From Thermoproteota archaeon (GTDB lineage Archaea > Korarchaeota > Korarchaeia > Korarchaeales > Korarchaeaceae), in NCBI GenBank assembly GCA_026986575.1, contig JALSOH010000006.1, positions 32,001-96,000 of the forward strand: a stretch of 64,000 bases of DNA. Direction: 5' to 3'. This document shows, piece after piece, positions 28,695-36,594 of this stretch; position 1 is the stretch's first letter, and the number at the start of each line of letters is the position of its first letter. A program made the translations under genes and the position numbers. The notes under the pieces were generated by a model. It did not search any database. It was not told the origin of the DNA and worked only from the letters and a program-made list of their open reading frames with translations.

Positions 28695-29525
28695 ATGAGC
28701 AACATCAAGGCGCATTTTACCCCCCCTAGAGCCGCTGGCATCCCACAACCACCTGAGAATGTCAAGAGGATAAGAAGAAGGATAGCGGTCATGAGCGGAA
28801 AGGGAGGCGTCGGTAAGACCACTGTGTCCGTTAATATAGCCGCAGAGCTGGCTAGAAGGGGATATTCAGTTGGCATACTGGATACAGATCTCACCGGACC
28901 CAATGTCCCCAAGGCACTAGGTCTCATAGATGTCCCCATATACGCTACAAATGAGGGGATTATCCCCGCAGAGGGACCCCTCAAGATGAAGGTCATGTCC
29001 TTAGGGTTGATGGTTAGGGATGGAGATCCCGTTATATGGAGGGGACCCCTTAAAGCCAAGGCCATTCAAGAGTTCGTGGAAAACGTTAACTGGGGAGACC
29101 TCGATTATCTGGTCGTGGATCTCCCACCCGGCACGGGAGACGAACCGCTAAGCGTTATGCAACTCGTTCCCCTCCATGGAGTTGTCTTGGTGACTACGCC
29201 GCAGGAAGTTGCCTTAATGGATGTAAAGAGGGCTCTCCACATGGTAAGGAAGATGGAATACAAGCCATTGGGAGTAGTGGAAAACATGAGCTACTTCATA
29301 TGTCCTGGCGGCGAGAAGGTGAGGATCTTCGGTGAGGGTGGTGGAAGGAGACTCGCTGAGGAGGAAGAGGTGCCCTTCTTGGGGGAGATACCCATAGACC
29401 CCAAGGTAGTGGAGTTCATGGACAGGGGGATGCCCATAGTGCTGGCCGATCCTGAGAATATGGTGTCCAGAGCATTCAAGGAGATAGTAGATAGGATAGA
29501 AGAACAGCTGATCGAAGCTCAATGA
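28695..29525 (+). CDS. mrp: Mrp/NBP35 Fe-S cluster carrier ATPase
   Basis: SGKGGVGKT, WRGP, DLPPGTGD, VTTPQ, VENMS. Confidence 0.94.
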   Translation: MSNIKAHFTPPRAAGIPQPPENVKRIRRRIAVMSGKGGVGKTTVSVNIAAELARRGYSVGILDTDLTGPNVPKALGLIDVPIYATNEGIIPAEGPLKMKVMSLGLMVRDGDPVIWRGPLKAKAIQEFVENVNWGDLDYLVVDLPPGTGDEPLSVMQLVPLHGVVLVTTPQEVALMDVKRALHMVRKMEYKPLGVVENMSYFICPGGEKVRIFGEGGGRRLAEEEEVPFLGEIPIDPKVVEFMDRGMPIVLADPENMVSRAFKEIVDRIEEQLIEAQ

Positions 29526-29638
29526 TCCCTATCCATCGAGAAAGTCCCCCTATCAGGTTCTTCCGACCCTTTATTTCCTGCACCAACCATGTATAGGATT
29601 AAAAGAAAACGGGCCGCACGCATTAGTGGTGGTGCTGC

Positions 29639-30805
29639 TTGGCATCGGAGGTTCCTCCTGTATACATCGGTCTTAAGGGCATCTATGTCGCTAAGACGGC
29701 TCTCAGCTATATAGATGGAGAGAGAGGGAAGCTCATCTATAGAGGATACTCCATCGAGGACCTAGCTGAACACTCGTCGTTTGAAGAGGTCACTTACCTG
29801 CTATGGTTCGGTAAATTGCCTAACAGGAAGGAGCTGGAAGAGTTTAAGGAAAACCTGTCTAAGGAGAGAGAGATACCGGAGGAGGTAGTAGAGATCTTAA
29901 GGAAGCTTCCAAAGAGCTCCCATCCCATGGATGTCCTGAAGACCGGAGTAGCTGCCCTAGGTCCCTTCGATCCTGACCTGCCTAACATATGGGGACAGCA
30001 TATCCACGAGAAGAGGGCGGAGAACCTGAGGATAGCTATCAGAATACTCTCAAAAATGCCGACCATAATGGCCTACTTCCACAGGATGAGAGAGGGTAAA
30101 GAAATAGTGCATCCGAGGACCGACCTTAGCCACGCTGCGAACTTCCTCTACATGATGTGGGGTAGGGAGCCCAAGGATATAGAAGCAAAGCTAATGGATG
30201 TGGCCCTCATACTGCACGCCGACCACGGATTTAATGCATCAACCTTCGCATGCTTGGTTACGGCATCAACCCTCTCTGACCTCTATTCCGCGGTGGTGAC
30301 AGGTATATCGACCCTAAAAGGCCCGCTTCATGGAGGAGCCAACGAGCAGGCATTGAAAATGTTGATGGAGATAGGATCCCCAGATAGAGCCAGAGACTAC
30401 GTTAAGGCCAAGCTTGAGAGGAAAGAGAGGATAATGGGATTCGGGCACAGGGTATACAAGGCTTATGACCCAAGGGCTAGAATACTCAAGAAGTACGCGG
30501 AGATGCTCGCGAAGGAAACGGGTCAGGAAAACCTATTCAATACCGCCTTGGAAGTGGAGAAGGTGATGATCGAGCTCCTCGGGAAGAAAGGCATATTCCC
30601 GAATGTGGACTTCTACTCCGGTCAGGTATATCACATGTTAGGGGTTCCCACCGATATCTTCACTCCCATATTCGCTATCTCTAGAACCTCCGGATGGATA
30701 GGGCATGTGTTCGAGTACTGGGAGGAGAATGTCCTGATAAGGCCAAGAGCCCTGTACGTGGGTCCGATGGAGGCCAAGTACATACCATTGGATGAGAGGT
30801 TATAG
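29639..30805 (+). CDS. Citrate (or 2-methylcitrate) synthase
   Basis: HADHGFNASTF, GPLHGGAN, GFGHRVY, PNVDFY. Confidence 0.95.
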   Translation: MASEVPPVYIGLKGIYVAKTALSYIDGERGKLIYRGYSIEDLAEHSSFEEVTYLLWFGKLPNRKELEEFKENLSKEREIPEEVVEILRKLPKSSHPMDVLKTGVAALGPFDPDLPNIWGQHIHEKRAENLRIAIRILSKMPTIMAYFHRMREGKEIVHPRTDLSHAANFLYMMWGREPKDIEAKLMDVALILHADHGFNASTFACLVTASTLSDLYSAVVTGISTLKGPLHGGANEQALKMLMEIGSPDRARDYVKAKLERKERIMGFGHRVYKAYDPRARILKKYAEMLAKETGQENLFNTALEVEKVMIELLGKKGIFPNVDFYSGQVYHMLGVPTDIFTPIFAISRTSGWIGHVFEYWEENVLIRPRALYVGPMEAKYIPLDERL

Positions 30806-30910
30806 GGTCGAGAGCGGAACTCCCTCCATTTTTTGTTAAAATGATTTCTATTTTTACGCAAATATTGCTCATCTTATGAGGTAGAATTCCAGTAATAGAG
30901 TAATATTACA

Positions 30911-30927
30911 GGTGAAACGGTTTCACC
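30911..30927. promoter_or_regulatory. Perfect inverted repeat GGTGAAAC-G-GTTTCACC, putative TF operator
   Basis: 8-1-8 dyad in the AT-rich spacer ~60 bp upstream of the PKD gene. Confidence 0.5.
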
Positions 30928-30986
30928 AGTAAATCAGAAGTTTATCCGCATCAATCTTTATTTAGGGCTACCAGAGGGATCACCTG

Positions 30987-32489
30987 ATGAGAGCAACGAA
31001 AATAACACTTATCTCAGCCCTGCTAGTGCTTACGCTAATGACGGTGGCCGTTTCGGCCGATACAGGATGTCCCGCCGTGGACTCCTCAACAGACGTGGCA
31101 CCTAGAGTTGTGGAGATAACGGTATACAGGATTACTGGAAAGACGGTAGAGCTAATAGGAGTAGTAGAGGATCCGGACAGTGGTTTAAGGGAGTGGATCT
31201 GGGATTTCGGCGACGGGACGATCGTGAAGAAGACCGGTGGATGGTCTAAGATCGGGGACTCCACCTACAAGATGATGGTGAAGCACACCTACAGCGATTA
31301 CAGAAGCTACACGGTCAAGCTCCAAGTAACTGATGACTGGCTCAAGGAGTCCAACGTCAAGACAAAGCTGGTCACCATTAAAAAGTCCAACTACAAGCCC
31401 GTGGTGAAACTCAAGAGGGTCTCACCCAATCCAGCCCAGCCCGGTGAAAAGATCGTATTCGAGGTGGAGGGGATAGATCCAGATGGGCATGTGGTGGAGT
31501 ACTATTGGGACTTCGGTGACGGTAAGAAGGCTAAAGGGGCCAATCTAACTAGAGTGACTCACTCATACTCTAAAGAGGGTACGTACGTTGTCAAAGTCAA
31601 AGCAAAGGATGACAAGGGCGCTTACTCCGATGCTGTTACTGAAGAGATCTACATACGCTCTCAGACCAAACCGAAACCGAAGAACAAACCACCAGTTATA
31701 ACCACGGTCAAATTCACTCCAGTGGAACCTTCTGTGGGGGTTTCCGTGACTTTCAGGGCCACCGCCTCCGATCCGGAGGGAGATAGACTCACATTCCAGT
31801 GGAACTTCGGTGACGGTACTATAAAGAATGGAGGTCCGCAGATGGCTCATATATACAAGAAGGAAGGGGCCTACACTGTTAAGGTGAGAGCTGTAGATTC
31901 TAAGGGTGCCTCTTCCCCGTACTACACGGTTAGCGTGGCTGTAAAGGGTAATAAGCCGCCCCAAGCATCTATAGTCGAGGTAAGAACTAGGGATAATATT
32001 ACCTTCCTATTCCAAGGTATGGGTGTGGACCCCGATGGCCAAGTGGTAGCCTATGAATGGGACTTCGGCGACGGTAAGAAGTTCAGGGGAGAGCTGGAGG
32101 GAAACTCCATTCCCCATAAGTTCATCAATCACACTTACACCTCTAGCGGCAACTACACCGTGAAGTTCAGGGTCAAGGACAATAAGGGCGCTTGGTCTCC
32201 TTGGATCTCCAAGAGGATCACGGCATTCATCCCAGAGAAAGTCAGCTCGGCCTCATGGGCTGGCTCCGAATTCGGTAACTTAGAGATAGCCGCCGGTGTG
32301 GGTACCCTAATAGTGGTAGGGGCCGGTTACCTAGCCTATAGGGAGTCCAAGAGCAACGCCTTCGTAGAGAGGTCTAGGGAGAGGGCTAGGAGATCCCGTA
32401 AGGTGGCAGTGAAAAAATCCACTAGAAGGAGACCAAGAAACGGATCTAATACTGCGAGAAGGAGAAGGAAACCTTGGCCAACCTCCTAA
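30987..32489 (+). CDS. Secreted, membrane-anchored protein with four PKD domains
   Basis: Signal peptide, four W(D/N)FGDG repeats, C-terminal TM and Arg/Lys-rich tail. Confidence 0.9.
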   Translation: MRATKITLISALLVLTLMTVAVSADTGCPAVDSSTDVAPRVVEITVYRITGKTVELIGVVEDPDSGLREWIWDFGDGTIVKKTGGWSKIGDSTYKMMVKHTYSDYRSYTVKLQVTDDWLKESNVKTKLVTIKKSNYKPVVKLKRVSPNPAQPGEKIVFEVEGIDPDGHVVEYYWDFGDGKKAKGANLTRVTHSYSKEGTYVVKVKAKDDKGAYSDAVTEEIYIRSQTKPKPKNKPPVITTVKFTPVEPSVGVSVTFRATASDPEGDRLTFQWNFGDGTIKNGGPQMAHIYKKEGAYTVKVRAVDSKGASSPYYTVSVAVKGNKPPQASIVEVRTRDNITFLFQGMGVDPDGQVVAYEWDFGDGKKFRGELEGNSIPHKFINHTYTSSGNYTVKFRVKDNKGAWSPWISKRITAFIPEKVSSASWAGSEFGNLEIAAGVGTLIVVGAGYLAYRESKSNAFVERSRERARRSRKVAVKKSTRRRPRNGSNTARRRRKPWPTS

Positions 32490-32494
32490 TACCT

Positions 32495-33094
32495 TTATCG
32501 GTCTCTTCTTCCTCCCTTTGATCTCCTTCTCCTGTACTCCTTCACCAAAGATACCGCTTCTCTGAATTTTGGATGCCCCGAGCTGCCTAGAAGCTCGTAC
32601 GCAACGGACTCCGAGGTCGTTACGTAAATGCCCTCTTGAAGCAGTCTTGCCAGTGTCGCCTCCTTATCCTCGGGAAATGTCGACCCAGTGGCATCACTGA
32701 CCAAGTGTACCTCCAGACCGTGGGCGACAGCGCTAAGTGCGGTCTGGAGTATGCATATATGGGTTTCTATTCCGGTCAACAGGACCTTTTTCCTTCCAAG
32801 GCCGAGCAGCCTCTCTTTAATCCTCCTATCCTTGAACGCATCAAATGAAGCCTTCTCCATTTTCACATCCAGCAGTTCATCTACTTCTCGGACGGTCCTG
32901 CCCAGTTTCTCGGGGGCCTGCTCAGTCCCCACCACAGGCATGCTTAGGAGCTTAGACGTCTTGGCTAGCAAGGTTATGGAGCTTACTATAGAATCAAACT
33001 CCTTGATTACCTTGGAGAAAGGCTCTTGCATGTCTATAACAAGCAGAAAGGTGTTCTTAGGGTCTAACCTCCCGGGTAAATGGCCTCCAGACAT
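32495..33094 (-). CDS. Isochorismatase-like cysteine hydrolase
   Basis: LLVIDMQ, TEQ.P.KLG.T, K..F, GIETHICI. Confidence 0.9.
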   Translation of the reverse strand: MSGGHLPGRLDPKNTFLLVIDMQEPFSKVIKEFDSIVSSITLLAKTSKLLSMPVVGTEQAPEKLGRTVREVDELLDVKMEKASFDAFKDRRIKERLLGLGRKKVLLTGIETHICILQTALSAVAHGLEVHLVSDATGSTFPEDKEATLARLLQEGIYVTTSESVAYELLGSSGHPKFREAVSLVKEYRRRRSKGGRRDR

Positions 33095-33657
33095 AAGAAG
33101 TTCGGGACTCCCTCTTCTATTAAGGTGTGGCATTCGCCCATTGGGAGAAAGCCGCCCCCTCTGAGGAGGGAGAGTAGTTCTTCTCTGCTGAGAAACCTAG
33201 CGTAAGAGTAAATGGATCCAGATCTTCCCTTCTCGGAGTATAATCTCCCCAGAGGAGAGTCCGAGGGGATCACACATACGTAGAGGCGACCCCTCCTCCT
33301 AAGGATCCTAGCAATCTCTTTGATGGCCGCATCTCTATCCTCGAGGAAGCATAGAGTGACCACTAGAATGACGCATGAGAACGATGAGTCTCTGAAAGGG
33401 AGTGACTCCGCCTTACCTTGAACGACCTCCAAGCCCCTCCTCTTTGCCAGCAACAGGGGAGAGTAGGCAGCGTCCAGCCCTACATCCACTTGGAGGGGTC
33501 CCGCGAACCTCCCAGTCCCGACACCTATCTCCAAGCACGGACCGTCCTTCCTAACCAAGCTCTCTAAACAGGAGAGTTCAGCCAAGTAGATATCCTTATT
33601 CTCCTCGTACCACTTGTCGTATCGCTCAGCTATCCTTTCGAAAGCCTTCCAGCTCAT
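33064..33657 (-). CDS. Class I SAM-dependent methyltransferase
   Basis: YDKWY, LEIGVGTGRF, AESLPF. Confidence 0.9.
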   Translation of the reverse strand: MSWKAFERIAERYDKWYEENKDIYLAELSCLESLVRKDGPCLEIGVGTGRFAGPLQVDVGLDAAYSPLLLAKRRGLEVVQGKAESLPFRDSSFSCVILVVTLCFLEDRDAAIKEIARILRRRGRLYVCVIPSDSPLGRLYSEKGRSGSIYSYARFLSREELLSLLRGGGFLPMGECHTLIEEGVPNFLCLEAIYPGG

Positions 33658-33919
33658 GGGGCACCAGACACCTCAGTATGGCTCTGACCTCCCTCCTCCC
33701 TGATAGCCTATATATCCTGACCCTACCCAGCCTCACCTCCTCCAGTATTCCCGCCGACTTCAAGGCTTCTAAGTTCCTCTCGGCTGAACTATACGATATA
33801 TTGAGAGTTCTAGCTATCCTGCTTATGTTCATTCCTCCTCCCGATGAGGACAGGAGCCTGAGGATCCCCACTCTGATCCTATTCGAGAAGGCCTCAATCA
33901 AGAGATCGTCCCAGTTCAA
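33626..33919 (-). CDS. ArsR-like winged-helix regulator
   Basis: FSNRIRVGIL, NISRIAR, L...GIL...RLGRVRIY. Confidence 0.85.
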   Translation of the reverse strand: MNWDDLLIEAFSNRIRVGILRLLSSSGGGMNISRIARTLNISYSSAERNLEALKSAGILEEVRLGRVRIYRLSGRREVRAILRCLVPHELEGFRKDS

Positions 33920-33928
33920 GCGATCACC

Positions 33929-35005
33929 TTATGGGATTATCTCCGTGGTGTTATCGTAGGGAGGATAATATATCTCATCCCGCTTCACCACACCTTCCTC
34001 CATGAGCGACCTTATTTCGCTCACTCTCGACAAGACCTCATCTATAGTCGCTTTGGTAACTGAACACACCTCTCTGAAACCCTCCTCACCCCAATATCTC
34101 TCCATGTAGGTATAGAGGCACCTCCCTCCACAGTACTTGAAGTAGCTGCAGCTCGTACAGGGCTCTCCTATGACGACCTTCCTTAGAACACCGCTCCTCA
34201 CATCTCCTACAACTGCCCACTCGGAGTCAACAGCTATAGGACATGCCACTACCCTCCCATCTGGGAGTAGAGTGAAGGTCTCATAGCCCGCACCACAGGG
34301 AGGGCTTCTCCACTCACCGAAGAGGGCCACTTTGGCTATCCCCAGAAACGGGACTATTCCGAGAATCTCTCCCTGCCTCATCCTCTCAACCCACAGAGAG
34401 ACCAACCTCCTTATTCCAGGAAGATATGAGCTATCAGCCCATTTTCTGAAGTCCCACGGCTCGGTCCATATCACATTCAATTGCCAGTGAACATGGTCGA
34501 ACAAACCCAGCTCGAGCAAATGAGTTACCTCCTCGAATATGTCACTGCGATCCCAGACAGCCATCCTGGCTATTAGGTCACCGCCGTACCCGAGCTCCCT
34601 CAGGCGCCTGGCCGTTTTCAACACGATATCGTAGTTCCCCTTAACCCTGTAGTGGTCGTTGACCTCTCTCCTGCCATCTATGGAGAGGAGTATGGCGTCG
34701 AACCTCAACCAATAATCCTCCGGTAGGTTATCGAAGAGTGTACCATTGGTTTGAATTATGTAACGCCTCCTAGGTCCCAAGGCATCCATGACATTCTCGA
34801 TCAGTTCGGGATTGATCAGTGGCTCTCCGCCGTAAAAAGCTACATCCGCGTCTAAGCTCCTGACTAGGGCCACCAGATCCTCCAGCTCGTACTGCTCCTT
34901 CGGGGGAACCAAATGGGGAGGGAAGCTGCCCCCGCAGTAGGAGCACTTCAGATTACAGAGTCCAGTTGTGGTCACTATTAGGAGTGTCATAATCGAACGC
35001 TCCAA
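33929..35005 (-). CDS. Radical SAM/SPASM protein (AF0577-like family)
   Basis: CNLKCSYCGGS, FYGGEP, CGAG...CP...CTSC...CGGRC. Confidence 0.9.
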   Translation of the reverse strand: MERSIMTLLIVTTTGLCNLKCSYCGGSFPPHLVPPKEQYELEDLVALVRSLDADVAFYGGEPLINPELIENVMDALGPRRRYIIQTNGTLFDNLPEDYWLRFDAILLSIDGRREVNDHYRVKGNYDIVLKTARRLRELGYGGDLIARMAVWDRSDIFEEVTHLLELGLFDHVHWQLNVIWTEPWDFRKWADSSYLPGIRRLVSLWVERMRQGEILGIVPFLGIAKVALFGEWRSPPCGAGYETFTLLPDGRVVACPIAVDSEWAVVGDVRSGVLRKVVIGEPCTSCSYFKYCGGRCLYTYMERYWGEEGFREVCSVTKATIDEVLSRVSEIRSLMEEGVVKRDEIYYPPYDNTTEIIP

Positions 35006-35185
35006 GTCCTCCTCACATAACTATAAGCTTTTCCTGGCTTTTCGGGGGAAATGGGCTGAATGGATGGTGAAATGATGTACAGCTTACTTTCTAAAAATGA
35101 TTTCGTTTAATGTCCAGATGCCCCTGTTATAAATCGAATTTACCCGTCTATCATATTCTTATTTTGTCAAATTTACGAGATGTAA

Positions 35186-35200
35186 CGAAAATCTTAAATA
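35186..35200 (+). promoter_or_regulatory. BRE/TATA promoter for the hairpin transcript
   Basis: CGAAAATC-TTAAATA, ~22 nt upstream of 35221-35223. Confidence 0.55.
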
Positions 35201-35222
35201 CAACCTTTGGGTTAATAATCAT

Positions 35223-35313
35223 GGAGGAGGAATGGGGGGTGAGAGGATGATCCCGGGGAGGAGGATCGGGCCTTAGATCCCCTCTCGGGGTGATCCTACC
35301 CTTCCACTCCTCC
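35223..35313 (+). ncRNA. Candidate novel structured RNA (long GC-rich hairpin) upstream of metK
   Basis: Nested pairs GGAGGAG/CTCCTCC, TGG/CCA, GGGT/ACCC, AGGAT/ATCCT, CCCG/CGGG, GGATC/GATCC; promoter before and T6 after. Confidence 0.55.
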
Positions 35314-35326
35314 TCTCTACGGCAGC

Positions 35327-35332
35327 TTTTTT
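35327..35332 (+). terminator. Oligo-T terminator after hairpin
   Basis: TTTTTT 13 nt downstream of the hairpin. Confidence 0.45.
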
Positions 35333-35391
35333 GGTAATGTGGCTGATGGAAGATTTATCAATTTCTTATCCGGCCCTTAGTAGGTGATTTC

Positions 35392-36594
35392 ATGCTCAAG
35401 GTCTCCAAATGTAGCAAGCTCCCCATGGACAGGCAACCCATTGAGATTGTTGAGAGAAAGGGCAAGGGCCATCCAGATACGATCACTGACGGTATAATGG
35501 AGCGGGTAGCTTTGGAGCTAAATAAGGAGTATCTCAGGAAGTTCGGCGGCATTCTCCACTACAACGCGGATAAGTCGCTACTAGCTGCAGGTGTTACCGA
35601 GCCGCAGTTCGGTGGAGGCAAGGTAATCGAACCCATGTTGATCGTCTTCGGTGACAGGGCCACCGTCTCCTACGCGGGAGAGTCTATAGACTTGGAGAAG
35701 GTCGTCGTGAACGCAGCCAAGAGCTGGATAAGGGAGAACCTCCGGTTCGTCAATCCCGACGAGCATGTCCGCTACCAGATAGAGCTGAAGCAGGGGAGCG
35801 CTGAGCTGACAGACATATTCAGGAGGGGCTCCAAGATAATGGGCGCCAACGATACATCGGCGGCGGTGGGCTACGCTCCGCTCTCCAGAACTGAGAGGGT
35901 GGTCTTGGAGCTGGAGAAGTATCTGAATTCTCCAGAGTTCAAGAAGGAATTCGAGGAGACCGGTGAGGATATAAAGGTCATGGGGAGCCGGCACAACAAC
36001 CACTTGGACCTGACCATAGCGCTCGCTTTCGTGGACAGGTTCGTCCCCAGCGAGTCTGAGTACTTCAGGAGCAAGCAGGAGGTCTTGGACAGGGTCAATT
36101 CCTTTCTGAAGGAGAGGTTCGCGAACGACTTCGATGGGATCGATGTCCACATTAACACGCTAGATGTGGAGGGCAGGGGAGTACACGGTGTGTATCTGAC
36201 CGTCCTAGGCACTTCTGCCGAGGGAGGCGATTCGGGCCAGGTCGGCAGGGGGAACGGGGTCAACGGGGTCATCCCCCTGATGAGACCTAGGAGTTCGGAG
36301 GCAGCTGCCGGGAAGAACCCCATTAGCCATGTGGGTAAGATATACAATGCGTACACCCACGAAATAGCTAGGAAGATAGTTGAGGAAGTGGAGGAAGTTC
36401 AGGAGGTTTACGTCTGGCTGCTGAGCAGGATAGGAAAGCCGATAAATGAGCCAGCGCTGGCCGCGGCGGAGGTGTACACCGAGGCGAACTTCGAGGACAT
36501 AAAGGGACAGATAGAGGAGATCATTGCGTCGGAACTCGATAACATAGGGGAGTTCGTCAACAGGCTCATAGACGGGATGGTTCCTGTCTACTGA
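35392..36594 (+). CDS. mat: Archaeal methionine adenosyltransferase
   Basis: EIVERKG.GHPD, ANDTS, GEDIKVMG, GDSGQVGRGN, GKNP..HVGKIY. Confidence 0.96.
   Translation: MLKVSKCSKLPMDRQPIEIVERKGKGHPDTITDGIMERVALELNKEYLRKFGGILHYNADKSLLAAGVTEPQFGGGKVIEPMLIVFGDRATVSYAGESIDLEKVVVNAAKSWIRENLRFVNPDEHVRYQIELKQGSAELTDIFRRGSKIMGANDTSAAVGYAPLSRTERVVLELEKYLNSPEFKKEFEETGEDIKVMGSRHNNHLDLTIALAFVDRFVPSESEYFRSKQEVLDRVNSFLKERFANDFDGIDVHINTLDVEGRGVHGVYLTVLGTSAEGGDSGQVGRGNGVNGVIPLMRPRSSEAAAGKNPISHVGKIYNAYTHEIARKIVEEVEEVQEVYVWLLSRIGKPINEPALAAAEVYTEANFEDIKGQIEEIIASELDNIGEFVNRLIDGMVPVY

Noticed and set aside
31190-32080. Repeated TGGGACTTCGG..GACGG sequences
   Set aside because: Coding repeats of the PKD WDFGDG motif, not a CRISPR or DNA repeat array
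35223-35313. Hairpin as BHB splice substrate, H/ACA guide or SECIS
   Set aside because: Bulge geometry does not fit BHB; no ACA tail or clear K-turn; no in-frame UGA selenoprotein in the window
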